Source: Octopus bimaculoides
Taxonomy: Eukaryota
Assembly (NCBI RefSeq): GCF_001194135.2
Contig: NC_069003.1
Coordinates: 7,399,349-7,463,348, forward strand
Length of the DNA stretch: 64,000 nt
Direction: 5' to 3'
Shown here: positions 50,350-61,539 of the stretch, in pieces
Position numbering within the stretch: position 1 is the stretch's first letter
Layout of the letters: every line of letters begins with the position of its first letter
The notes under the pieces: model-generated
The model's input: the letters and a program-made list of their open reading frames with translations, nothing else
What the model was told of the DNA's origin: nothing
Databases searched by the model: none
Translations under genes and position numbers: made by a program

Positions 50350-52399
50350 TTTATTCTATCAGTCTATTTTCCTGAACTGCTGAGTTAAGGGGTCGTAAAC
50401 ACACCAACAGTTTGTCAAACGGTGATGGAGAACAGTGACAGACACAAAGACACGCACACACACACAAATATAGACATATCTCTCTTCACACCTACCCACC
50501 TCTCCTCTCCTCCTCTGACACCTACTTCCTCTCTTCACTCCTACCCACCTCTTCTCTTCATCGATACCCTTTCCATCCACACCACCACTTCCTAGCACTG
50601 ACCACTTCCCAGCACCCACACCACACACCATTATCTGCACACCCACACACCATCATCCGCACACTCACACATTACAGATACACACACTTACACACACACA
50701 CATCCATGCCTGGCCATGGGACAAATATTACCTCACTTGGAAACAAGCGAGAATTGGCAACAGGCAGGGCCAGCAGATTTTGAGGGTAGAGGGTGTTCAG
50801 TTCCACTGACCCCAGTATTTGACTAATACTTATTTTATTGACCCTAAAAAGATAAAAGGCAAAGTTGGCCGCAGCAGAATTTGAACTCAGAATGTAAAAA
50901 CAGAAAAAATGCCACTAAGCGTTTTGTCCAGCATGCTAATGATTCTGCCAGTTCGTTACCTTAATGAGAGTAAGAACCCAAAAAGCAAATATGATACAAG
51001 TGGGGTCAACCTTATAAAAGTTAACTTGGAAAATTTAATGGGAATGCTTAAAGAAAAATGGTAAATTTAAACAAAGAATTAATCTGAAATTATTGCTCTT
51101 GAGAAAATTTAAATTCAAATATGAGAAGCTATTTCATTTAGCATNNNNNNNNNNNNNNNNNNNNNNNNNNNNNNNNNNNNNNNNNNNNNNNNNNNNNNNN
51201 NNNNNNNNNNNNNNNNNNNNNNNNNNNNNNNNNNNNNNNNNNNNNNNNNNNNNNNNNNNNNNNNNNNNNNNNNNNNNNNNNNNNNNNNNNNNNNNNNNNN
51301 NNNNNNNNNNNNNNNNNNNNNNNNNNNNNNNNNNNNNNNNNNNNNNNNNNNNNNNNNNNNNNNNNNNNNNNNNNNNNNNNNNNNNNNNNNNNNNNNNNNN
51401 NNNNNNNNNNNNNNNNNNNNNNNNNNNNNNNNNNNNNNNNNNNNNNNNNNNNNNNNNNNNNNNNNNNNNNNNNNNNNNNNNNNNNNNNNNNNNNNNNNNN
51501 NNNNNNNNNNNNNNNNNNNNNNNNNNNNNNNNNNNNNNNNNNNNNNNNNNNNNNNNNNNNNNNNNNNNNNNNNNNNNNNNNNNNNNNNNNNNNNNNNNNN
51601 NNNNNNNNNNNNNNNNNNNNNNNNNNNNNNNNNNNNNNNNNNNNNNNNNNNNNNNNNNNNNNNNNNNNNNNNNNNNNNNNNNNNNNNNNNNNNNNNNNNN
51701 NNNNNNNNNNNNNNNNNNNNNNNNNNNNNNNNNNNNNNNNNNNNNNNNNNNNNNNNNNNNNNNNNNNNNNNNNNNNNNNNNNNNNNNNNNNNNNNNNNNN
51801 NNNNNNNNNNNNNNNNNNNNNNNNNNNNNNNNNNNNNNNNNNNNNNNNNNNNNNNNNNNNNNNNNNNNNNNNNNNNNNNNNNNNNNNNNNNNNNNNNACT
51901 AAAAATTAATGTTAAAATTATTCATAAAAGAATACACAGTGAATTATCAATAATCAGTGAAGAAAGTGAATTCTCTTTTTCTTTCCTTTCCCTTGTTTAA
52001 GTCATTAGACTATGGCCATGCTGGAGCACTTGACAGGTTAAATCGAGCAATTTGACTCTAGTACTTATTTTTTATGTCTGGTAGAACTTATTCTACCAGT
52101 CTCTTTTGCAGAGATGTTACAGGGATGTAAACAACCCATTACCGTTTGTCATCAGTTGTCAAGTGGCAGCAGTGGACATACATAAAGACACACACACACA
52201 CACACACACACTCACAAACACATACATATCATCATCATTTAGCGTCTGCTTTCCATGCTAGCATGGGTTGCACAGTTTGTCTGAGGACTTGCAAGCCAGG
52301 AAGATGCACCAGGCTCCAATCTGATCTGGCAAGGTTTCTACAGCTGGTTGCCCTTCCTAACACCACCCATTCCAAGAGGCATTTCTTCTGAATAGATGT

Positions 52400-52569
52400 G
52401 CTCCAAGTTCAAATCCTATTGATTCAATTACATTGCTCAACTGGTACTTGTTTCCTCAACCCCGAAAGGATGAATGGCAAAGTTGATCTTGGTGGTATTT
52501 GAAATCAGAATGTAAAGATGCCACTAAGCATTTTGCTCGTCGTGCTAACAAATTTTCCAGCTCGCCACC

Positions 52570-52615
<46 letters not shown>

Positions 52616-52838
52616 TGATAATAATCCTTTCTATTATAGGCACAAGGCCTGAAATTTGGGGGAGGGGGATAGTCGATTACATCGACCCCAGTACTCAGCT
52701 GGTACTTTATCGACCCCAAAAGGATGAAAGGTAAAGTCGACCTTGGCAGAATTTGAACTAAGAATGTAGCGATGGATGATATATAACACTAAGAATTGCA
52801 TTTAGCGTGCTAACGATTCTGCCAGCTTACCACCTTAA
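52400..52838 (-). mobile_element. Two head-to-tail SINE-B copies joined by (TAA)n
   Basis: The core motif occurs twice, with (taa)n at about 52571-52622 and 52837-52910. Confidence 0.8.
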
Positions 52839-53898
52839 TAATAATAATAATAATAACTATGATAATAATAACTAATAATAATGATGATAATAACAACAAT
52901 TATGGTAATGATAACAATTTTCCAAAAAAAAAGAAAAGAAAAAAAAAGATAAAAATGCAAAATGAAGTGGTTGCTTTTGTTCAAGTTAATGTCATGAGAA
53001 AATAAAGGTCAATGATTTGTTTTTCACTTAGTAAATGACATAAAAGTAAAAAGTAAACAAGATTTATATATTTATTTTAATTGTTTTAATCAACTGTATG
53101 TTATTACCATTCCGGTACGAGAGCAAACAACAGACAGAAAATTAAACAAAACCAAAGATTTCAAGATCTGCAATAAGCAACAATGAATCTTCAACAGAGT
53201 AAATCCCGTCATTTATCAACTGCCTGGCTGACTGTTAGCATTTGAAAAAATGGACACTGAAGAGGCTAAAGTGATTACAGCAAAACTATAACAAAAATAT
53301 AGTGATTTTTTTATAATTTTAGGATTTTTAAAAAAAGTTGTTTTTGCAATATTATAGTTTGTCAGATATGTGTATCATATTACATCGTTTGTATGACAAG
53401 AGTCAAGTTAGCATCTCAAGAGATAAAAACTATTAATGAACCGCAAACATGTCTGTTGTTATCAGAGCCGTATTTGCACGACAGATCATTGTAAATTAAA
53501 CTTCAGTCAATGTTGATAGAAGAGACCAAAGTATGCATTATGATAAGCCGTTTTCAATGTCCCTTGTAAACATGAGATGTTTGCAAAGGTATAAGATTAA
53601 TTCTCTGCTTTGTACATCAAACAAAGGAGAAAAATGAAAAATGATCATCCACCAACGAAGGATGGAAGCCACTACATACAACAATAAACACTCGAGCTCA
53701 AACAATGTATTGAATATATAAATGGATTATAAGTGCATGAGTGATTGTGTGGTAAAGATGTTTGCTTCTCAACTACGTGGCTTTGGGTTCAATCCCACGG
53801 TGTGGCATGTTGGGTAAGTGTCTTCTACTATAACCACTGAACAACCAAAGCCTTGCAAGTAGATTTGGAAGACAGAAACTAAAAGAAGCCAGAAACTT

Positions 53899-54123
53899 AA
53901 AGGCGGCGATCTGGCGGAAACGTTAGCACGCCAGGCGAAATGCTTAGCGGTATTTCGTCTGTCTTTACGTTCTGAGTTCAAATTCCGCCGAGGTCGACTT
54001 TGCCTTTCATCCTTTCGGGGTCGCTAAATTAAGTACCAGTTATGCAGTGGAGTCAATGTGATCGACTTAATCCCTTTGTCTGTCCCCTCTGTGTTTAGCC
54101 CCTTGTGGGCGCTAAAGAAATAA
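53899..54123 (+). mobile_element. SINE-B3 inserted in a SINE-C core
   Basis: Direct repeat gaaactaaaagaagcc at 53875-53890 and 54124-54139. Confidence 0.85.
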
Positions 54124-54180
54124 GAAACTAAAAGAAGCCCATCATATATATATGTACATACACGCATACATACATATACA

Positions 54181-54390
54181 CATGAGGTGGAGTGCTGAAA
54201 AGTTTCTAGCATTAGGCAAAACAAAAAATACAGGCGGATCAGTTAATTATGATTTTATTCAACATATTCCCCTTCTCGGATTCACACATTTATTGCAGCG
54301 GTCTTTCAGTTTTTCTAAGCCCTGTAAAAGAACTCAGAAGGCCTTTTGTAATACCCTTAAAGTTAGGAACTTTGCAGCCCCACATTGTAC
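54181..54390 (-). mobile_element. Mariner-derived MITE retaining the last codons of a transposase
   Basis: Degenerate TIRs (tgaggtggagtgctgaaaagtttc and ggaactttgcagccccacattgta). The minus strand reads ..KLKDRCNKCVN.., resembling the mariner C-terminal KL..RW.KC+..GEY. Confidence 0.7.
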
Positions 54391-55039
54391 AAGTTTGTGT
54401 GTGTGTGTGTTTCCCTTTCTTTGTCTTGACATCATGTGACTGTTGTGAATGAATGTTATTCATTTCCAATATTCTGGCCTTATTTATCTTGCTTGGAAAC
54501 AGGTAAATCTGCCTCAATAAAAACCATCTGACCCATGCAAGCAGAGAAAATGGGCATCAAAATGACGACGATGATAATGATGATAATAATTATGACAACG
54601 ATGACAATGATAATGATGCAGACGATGATAGTGAGGCTGACAATGATTGAGAGGACGACAGTGATGGTGATGACAATGGTAATGGTGATGATGATGGTGG
54701 TGGTGGTGGTGGTGGTGACAGTCATGATGCTTACATTGTTTTGATGCTAAGTGTTCGATTGTTCAGTCAACTAAACTGCTCACTGAATTAGCCTGTAGAA
54801 CCATAGTCATTACTCACTATTGAGTACGTCTTGAAAGTATGTCACACTCTTTCACTAATTATGAATTGAAGGGAAAGAGGGTGATGTTCAGAGATGGGGA
54901 AGACATGGTTGTAGTGAGTGACAGTGAGAGGCAACAGAGTGGCTGGAAGGGAGGGGTATGGAAGATATGTTAAAGCATGGAGAAAGTGTAGATGGATTTT
55001 TTTTTCTTTCCTATCATTTGTATTATACTTTAGTGTAAA

Positions 55040-55290
55040 ACAAGGGTAACGACCCCCTTCGGTCATGAATGACCGTGGGATTGCAACTAGAAAGTTTCCC
55101 CTCCAAGGCACAAGTCCAGGCAAGATTGTTTGTGGAAGACCAGCAGTCGTTCATCCATGTCTCGACACCACCAATGTTATCCAAGGGAACGGAAAAGGCC
55201 ATGAGACAGCTCGACACCAGTGACGTCACAACTCATTTCTACAGCTGAGTGAACTGCAAGAACGTGAAATAAAGTATCTTGCTCAAGTGG
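55040..55290 (-). mobile_element. SINE family E copy
   Basis: Reverse complement of the body and tail of 30820-31128. Confidence 0.8.
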
Positions 55291-55389
55291 AAAACAAAGT
55301 GAAGACTCTACAGTTCTATATTTAAGAGATGAGGAATTATTTACATTATTTACATTTGTCGGATATTTGTCCTCATCTTGTTTGTTGTT

Positions 55390-55435
55390 AACACAACGTT
55401 TCGGCTGATATACCCTCCAGCCTTCGTCAGGTGTC
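55390..55435 (-). ncRNA. Minimal type I hammerhead ribozyme (inverted pLTR copy)
   Basis: GACAC-CTGACGA-A-GGCTG gagggtatat CAGCC-GAAAC-GTT|-GTGTT: complete core, 5-bp stems I and II, and a palindromic loopless stem III typical of Penelope-associated minimal hammerheads. Confidence 0.75.
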
Positions 55436-55448
55436 TTGGGGAAATTTC

Positions 55449-55610
55449 GAACAACACTGGAAAATACGAAAACTAAAAGAAGCAGCACATATGCTAGGAC
55501 ACAACAACCTCCTCAGCAGACCGAGCGCAGATATGAATAGCATATGGGAACCAGTATTGAGGAAGGATAGAAAAATAATAGATTTACAAGCCTTAAAATT
55601 CACCCCATAA
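55449..55610 (+). pseudogene. Penelope GIY-YIG endonuclease C-terminal fragment
   Basis: Open 54-codon tail EQHWKIRKLKEAAHMLGHNNLLSRPSADMNSIWEPVLRKDRKIIDLQALKFTP*, fitting the E..W..RK.KEA..I....LNR..G..L...W..L pattern. Confidence 0.75.
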
Positions 55611-55618
55611 TTGCCCAC

Positions 55619-55691
55619 GGGCATATGGCGTAGTGGTTAAGAGCGCGGGCTACTAACCCCAAGGTTCCGAGTTCGATTCACGGCAGCGACC
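55619..55691 (+). promoter_or_regulatory. tRNA-like Pol III promoter module (A and B boxes) inside the Penelope terminal repeat
   Basis: A-box TGGCGTAGTGG at 55626 and B-box GAGTTCGATTC at 55669. Anticodon-like loop CTACTAA. The acceptor stem does not pair, so this is not a functional tRNA. Confidence 0.7.
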
Positions 55692-55776
55692 TGATTAATA
55701 ATAGTAATAATAATAATTATAATATAATAATAGTAACATCGTTAGGAATGAGAACCCAGGTTCGAAATTTCCCCAA

Positions 55777-55822
55777 GACACCTGACGAAGGCTGGAGGGT
55801 ATATCAGCTGAAACGTTGTGCT
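55777..55822 (+). ncRNA. Minimal type I hammerhead ribozyme (direct pLTR copy)
   Basis: GACAC-CTGACGA-A-GGCTG gagggtatat CAGCT-GAAAC-GTT|-GTGCT. It differs from the inverted copy at two positions. Confidence 0.7.
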
Positions 55823-57400
55823 AACAACAAACAAGATGAGGACAAATATCCGACAAATGTAAACAATGTAAATAATGTAAAGTGAAGACTCCTATCTACT
55901 TGGTGTATTATATATTATTTTGTTATTTTGTTAGAAAAAGAAATCATATTGGATACCAGTCATTCACCATTTCAGGCAAAATGGTCTTAGGTTGTTGGTT
56001 AGCTATGGTACCTGGCTGTATGGTAAAATAATTCTATAGCACAACAAACATTGGTTTTCATCTGCAAGATATCTCTGTCTTAAATGTGAAAGCAGAATTT
56101 GCTTTGCTTTTTCATTTAGTAAATTTCATTGAACAATTAAACTAATCAAATAGACAGATGATGACATCAAGAAGCTGACAACTAATTTTTGTGTTTTTTT
56201 ATTTGAAGGATATTAAAATTGACAGAGTGACATCAGCAAAAATTTACCATTTAAAATTCATGAAGATACTTGATGAAGTCAACAGGAAAGTAGAGGTCTT
56301 TCAAGAGGGCAGAGTAAAAAAACCAAAAAAAAAAAAAAAAAAAAAACCAAAAAGAAAAAAAAAAGAGAAGCAAATGAGAGAACTGAAGCAAAAGCTGCTA
56401 AACATCACATCGGCTACAATTTGCAATCAGCTGTTGGCTTTGATAGACTCGTCAAATATTGAACAGCTGCAATACACAATTTGAAACTGATAGCTTAAAA
56501 ACTATATTATTGCTGATGACACTGGCATTCTCTTCACTCAGTCTTTTTCTCCCTAACTCTCTCTCTCTCTTACTCACATAACTATAAAACCAATGCACAG
56601 CAACACCACTGTAAGAAAGAAATTGTCTTTTGCTTTTCCGTAGTTCCCTATTGGACTGTCATGTCCAACACAATTTTTTTTAACAATAAACATATGACGA
56701 CGAATTGAAACTACACCTCTGCTCATTCATTACCTCATCTATTCTCTCCATTCATTCTATTATCAAAGATCTTTACCACACAGAACCTCATCTGTTGGGA
56801 TGAATTAACCTGGTGAATAAACACTGACATTACTGAACACAACCAACTTGCTAGACCAGAGTATTATTGCCATTGACTATTTCGTTTCATTTCATTTTTA
56901 TATTTTCACCTCTGGTGTTATTTCATTCTTTTACTGGTTTCAGGTATTAGACTACAGTCATGCTGGGGCAGAGTTCCAGTATGGTCGTAACCCACTAACT
57001 GAAACTAATAAATGGTAAAAGATATGCATTTAATTTTATTCCATAGTTAAGGTTGTATAAAGCGTAACACTTGAAGTTGTTTCAGCATATTAAAGTTATT
57101 TTGATTATATTTTTGATAAGAACATCCAATTACTTGTCACAACAGGCAGAATAATATAGAAGACAGATATGGCTCACAAGGTGCATCAATGAGATTAATA
57201 AATACAGATAAAAAGGAGGAGGGGAGAAATAATATATATATTAAATTACGGTGTATGTAAACAAAGTTTGCATTTTTAGAAGTGCTGAGATGAATTGAAA
57301 TATATAGATATGGAAATATTTTATTCTCAAATGCATAATAATGATGCTGAATAGCATAAGTAGAATAGAACATTCTTATATTGCAGAAAAATTTGTTAGC

Positions 57401-57473
57401 AGCCAGCCATGAGACTCGAACTCACATCTCTGTGAGTGCCAGCCATAGTGCTTTACCTTTAAGCTAAACTGCC
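57401..57473 (-). tRNA. tRNA-like gene or pseudogene, anticodon GGC (Ala-like), copy 1
   Basis: Manual fold: acceptor GGCAGTT/GGCTGGC (6 of 7 pairs), D-arm GCTT/AAGC, anticodon loop CTGGCAC, T-arm GTGAG-TTCGAGT-CTCAT. It lacks G3:U70, and GGC is atypical for eukaryotes. Confidence 0.45.
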
Positions 57474-57564
57474 TACTAACAAACTCTTCTGCAATTTTTG
57501 AATTTATAAATATAGCTTTTATAGCCGGATAGAATATCCTTATATTGCAGAAAAATTTGTTAGC

Positions 57565-57637
57565 TGCCAGCCATGAGACTCGAACTCACATCTCTGTGAG
57601 TGCCAGCCATAGTGCTTTACCTTTAAGCTAAACTGCC
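57565..57637 (-). tRNA. tRNA-like gene or pseudogene, anticodon GGC (Ala-like), copy 2
   Basis: Identical body to copy 1; only the discriminator base differs. Confidence 0.45.
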
Positions 57638-58084
57638 TACTAACAAACTCTTTGGCAATTTTTGAATTTATAAATATAGCTTTTATAGACACTATATGTG
57701 AAACTACAGTGTATGTAAACAAAATTTGCCTTTTTCAGAAGCGTTGAGATGTATTGAAATATGTAGATATAGAAATATTTTATTCTCAGACGCATAATGA
57801 TTATGCCGAATAGCTGAAATAGGAAAGAGCATCCTTATATTTCAGAAAAATTTGTTAGCAGCCAGCCATGAGACTCGAACTCATATTATCTTTAAGTAGA
57901 TTTGAACCTTCATAATTTTTGATACCATCCCAACTCAATCTGCCTGAAATTGCCTTTAATATTATAGTACAAACTTCCTGTTTTCAAGTGATCTAAATTA
58001 AGACTTTCCATCAAAATTTCATGTTAATTTATGTTTCAAACTTCCTGTTTTGAAGTAGTATTAGTATTAGTTTTAATGGTATGG

Positions 58085-58445
58085 GAGCATGCGCTGTAAC
58101 AGCGTGTTGTTGCATCTACGATTTGTTGGTGATTCCTTACGACTTTTAGCAGATAACACCCCTGAACCATCTCAGGTGGTAGCCCTCAAACCCACGGGTC
58201 TGTAAGGGTAGTCATGGCTGGTGAGGGTCTTTATGAGGTCAGAGGGCAATTCCTATCTCAACCTCTTTTAACACAGGAAACGTTGGGTCTGTTCTATGAC
58301 ATGCCAGTCCCCCACACAACACTAGAGCAATGTGAAATGAAGTGTTTTGCTTAAGAACAGAACACATTGCCCGGTCTGAGAATTGAACTCATGATCTGAT
58401 GATTATGAGTGTAATACTCTAACCACTAGGCCATGCATGCCTTCA
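58085..58445 (-). mobile_element. SINE family J (E-like head, distinct tail)
   Basis: Colinear with the interrupted copy at about 37035-37985, with the tRNA-like head at the right end. Confidence 0.65.
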
Positions 58446-58899
58446 CAGCTTCTCATAAAAATTTCATGTTAATTAAAATTTCAAACACAAGATAAATAAT
58501 GATGACAAAGTTATTTTACAATATGTTAAAAATTAATTGAAATGAAGGCAATAATGTTTGAACATAGATGTATGGCAACAGATGCATTTAACCTTTTTAT
58601 TACCATATTTCTGTCAAAGATATTGCTGCTATTTTAATTAATTTTGAAAATAATGAAGAATTTAGTGAAACAACTGTCATTACTGAGCTGGTTTTGAGAA
58701 TATAAATTAACATGGAATTTTAATGGAAGGTTTAAAATTAGATCATTTTGAAAGAGGAAGCTTATATCACAGAACCTGGGATGGTCACATATGGGTTGAT
58801 AAGTACAAATGAAGAGAGGAACAAAAAAATGTATTTTTCTAAACTATAATACAGACTAGTAAACTTCAGCTGGATCCAAGCTCTACTAAAGCCTTGAAT

Positions 58900-59676
58900 C
58901 AATGGTCCTCAACTTGGGTCCATATAACCCCTTGGGGGTCCATACAAAATTTTATTGTTGAAGGTTAGGCGTGGCTGTGTGGTAAGAAGGCGAACTGGCA
59001 GAAACGTTAGCATGCTGGGTGAAATACTTAGCGGTATTTCGTCTGCCGTTACGTTCTGAGTTCAAATTCCGCCGAGGTCGACTTTGCCTTTCATCCTTTC
59101 GGGGTCGATAAATTAAGTATCAGGTACGCACTGGGGTCGATGTAATCGACTTAATCCCTTTGTCTGTCCTTGTTTGTCCCCTCTGTGTTTAGCCCCTTGT
59201 GGGCAATAAAGAAATAAGAAGCTTACTTCCCAACCACATGATTCTGGGTACTGTCCTACTGTGTGGTACCTTGGGAAAATGTTTTCTACAATAGCCTCAG
59301 ACCGACCAAAGCCTTGGTGGTGGATTTGGCAGACAGAAACTGAAAGAAGCCTGTCGTGTGAGTGTGTGTGTGTATGTGTCCCCTCCCCCACTTGGCAATC
59401 AGTGTCGGTGTGTTTACGTCCCTGNNNNNNNNNNGATTCGTTCGACCAAAAATTCTTCAAGGTGGCGCCCCAGCAAAAAATCAAACATAAAATAAATCGG
59501 TCATACTTCTACGATACACAAAAATATTTTTACAATTTTTCTACACAATTCTTAATGATATTTAATTATAAAAATATAATAGGGATTTTTTTAAACACCA
59601 AATGGGTATGAGGGTCTAGTAGAGTAAAACAGGAAACAAAAGGGTCCATTAGCAAATAAAGGGTTAAGAACCATTG
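58900..59676. mobile_element. hAT (Charlie-like) MITE interrupted by a SINE-C, itself interrupted by a SINE-B3
   Basis: TIRs CAATGGTCCTCAAC and GTTAAGAACCATTG. SINE-C spans about 58966-59472. B3 spans about 58990-59215, flanked by aagaag at 58984 and 59216. No clean 8-bp TSD is visible. Confidence 0.7.
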
Positions 59677-59739
59677 AACTTGTATAAGCGGTGGCATTCA
59701 TCTGGGATGGGTTGAACCAGCTCTGACCAACGAGCTCAC

Positions 59740-59988
59740 CGAATACATCCAACAGACAGCACTAATGATCCAGCAGGCAAAGTAATGATTTTCTGTCTGC
59801 AGCCCAAAAATTTGGGGTTGCAAATTTGACAAATTGCCACACTGGGGGAACAAGCATATCAGACAGCGTGGACCCCCATAGCCATAGTCATCGTTCATTG
59901 TTGAGGTATGGAGTTCATGCTTGGATTTTCGGGTTGGAATACAATGCCATGTGTGGTCCCCAGTCACATTAAGAGCCATTGCTTTAAA
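59740..59988 (-). CDS. Candidate 249-nt coding exon, product unknown
   Basis: Acceptor ataattttctgttcag| and donor TCG|gtgagc. 83 open codons in phase 0-0 (FKAMALNVTGDHTWHC...WIISAVCWMYS) in unique, GC-balanced sequence. No recognised homology. Confidence 0.3.
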
Positions 59989-60892
59989 CTGAACAGAAAA
60001 TTATAATAACTCCTTCCCCCAACCCTGCCAAAGTTTTTTTTAATAAAACAGAGAATGGGGGAGGGATGGAGGTAAAAGTTAACTACTCTACTTGAAGGAA
60101 GGCCATAGAAAATGGATGGAAAATGATGTCATAGAATANNNNNNNNNNNNNNNNNNNNNNNNNNNNNNNNNNNNNNNNNNNNNNNNNNNNNNNNNNNNNN
60201 NNNNNNNNNNNNNNNNNNNNNNNNNNNNNNNNNNNNNNNNNNNNNNNNNNNNNNNNNNNNNNNNNNNNNNNNNNNNNNNNNNNNNNNNNNNNNNNNNNNN
60301 NNNNNNNNNNNNNNNNNNNNNNNNNNNNNNNNNNNNNNNNNNNNNNNNNNNNNNNNNNNNNNNNNNNNNNNNNNNNNNNNNNNNNNNNNNNNNNNNNNNN
60401 NNNNNNNNNNNNNNNNNNNNNNNNNNNNNNNNNNNNNNNNNNNNNNNNNNNNNNNNNNNNNNNNNNNNNNNNNNNNNNNNNNNNNNNNNNNNNNNNNNNN
60501 NNNNNNNNNNNNNNNNNNNNNNNNNNNNNNNNNNNNNNNNNAAAAAGAAGCCTAAAAAAACAAAGGAATTACATTTATCTAACTATGGTATGTATAGAAA
60601 ACATAAATAAAAAAAATCCCAAAATATATGGAAAAAAAACCCCCCAAAAAATAAACTTTAAAGGAAAACTATCTTTTGGAAGTAAATAAGTAGAGATAAA
60701 CAATTTGATGAAAAGCTTCAATTTATGCTTGTTTTCTTCTCATCTGTTAGATAGATGTTTTTTTGCTAGTTTACATGTTTAAATATCTGCTTTGAAAACT
60801 GGAATGGTTTTGTTAAGAGTAACCTAACTACCTCACGCTAGACTGGAAGCTAACTGCAGTCAGTCAGAGAGGAAATTAGAATAAAACAACCG

Positions 60893-60940
<48 letters not shown>

Positions 60941-61539
60941 CAGGAGAATGTTTATTGCAGAGTCAGAAGGCATAACATATGGACCATACTCCTAAATTAC
61001 TTTGTTACTGCTGTTGCTGCTGCCAATGTTAGTTTATTGGTGAATAGTTAGTTATTGGTAGAGCTAGAATGTAGAGGTAGTTGACTAATCAGCATTTTAA
61101 TATGCCCATCCTGTCAATACATATATAGACATATATATTTATATAAGGGCATTACTATATAAGAATGCCTCACACTATGAGGGACTCTAAGGTCAGACTA
61201 CCATAAAAAACACATTTTTACTGAACACGAGGAAATGCAACTCTGTAAGCCAGCCCCTTAAAAACGCTAGGTACTTGATAAATTCTTGTAAAAGAATTCA
61301 TCCTATTATTGAATTTATATATATATAATATTTATACAAACATAAACACACACACATATACATACATAGTAGAATAAGAAATGGAAAGTTCTTAGTAGAG
61401 TATTATATATTTGAACAAAAAAAAAAAAAAATGAATAGAATTGGTTTTTCTGATCATTTTTCCACTTTAATAATTGGATGTTTATAAGTTATTAGGTGAA
61501 CTTATAAACATCTAATTATTAAAGTGGAAAAATTATCAG

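Larger units (their letters stand above)
55309..55878 (+). mobile_element. 5'-truncated Penelope-like element: inverted partial pLTR, GIY-YIG C-terminus and direct pLTR
   Basis: 13-bp TSD aaagtgaagactc (55296-55308 and 55879-55891). About 55339-55452 is the reverse complement of about 55760-55880. Coding tail at 55449-55610. Confidence 0.85.
57250..57890 (-). repeat. Composite tandem repeat (X-Y-Y-X-Y') in which unit Y contains a tRNA-like cloverleaf
   Basis: Unit X at about 57250-57372 and 57708-57830. Unit Y at about 57373-57530 and 57537-57690 (164-bp period), with a partial copy at 57832-57885. Confidence 0.85.

Noticed and set aside
53250-53295. CTGAAGA-G-GCT...AGC-AAAA hammerhead-like string
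   Set aside because: G12 is missing and stem I cannot form.
54480-54744. Thr/Ile- or Met/Val-rich ORFs
   Set aside because: They derive from a degenerate (GAT/GAC/GGT)n tail of a retroelement.
56191-56484. 97-aa Lys-rich ORF with a good acceptor at about 56208
   Set aside because: The frame depends on poly-A tracts, and there is no convincing donor or recognisable homology.
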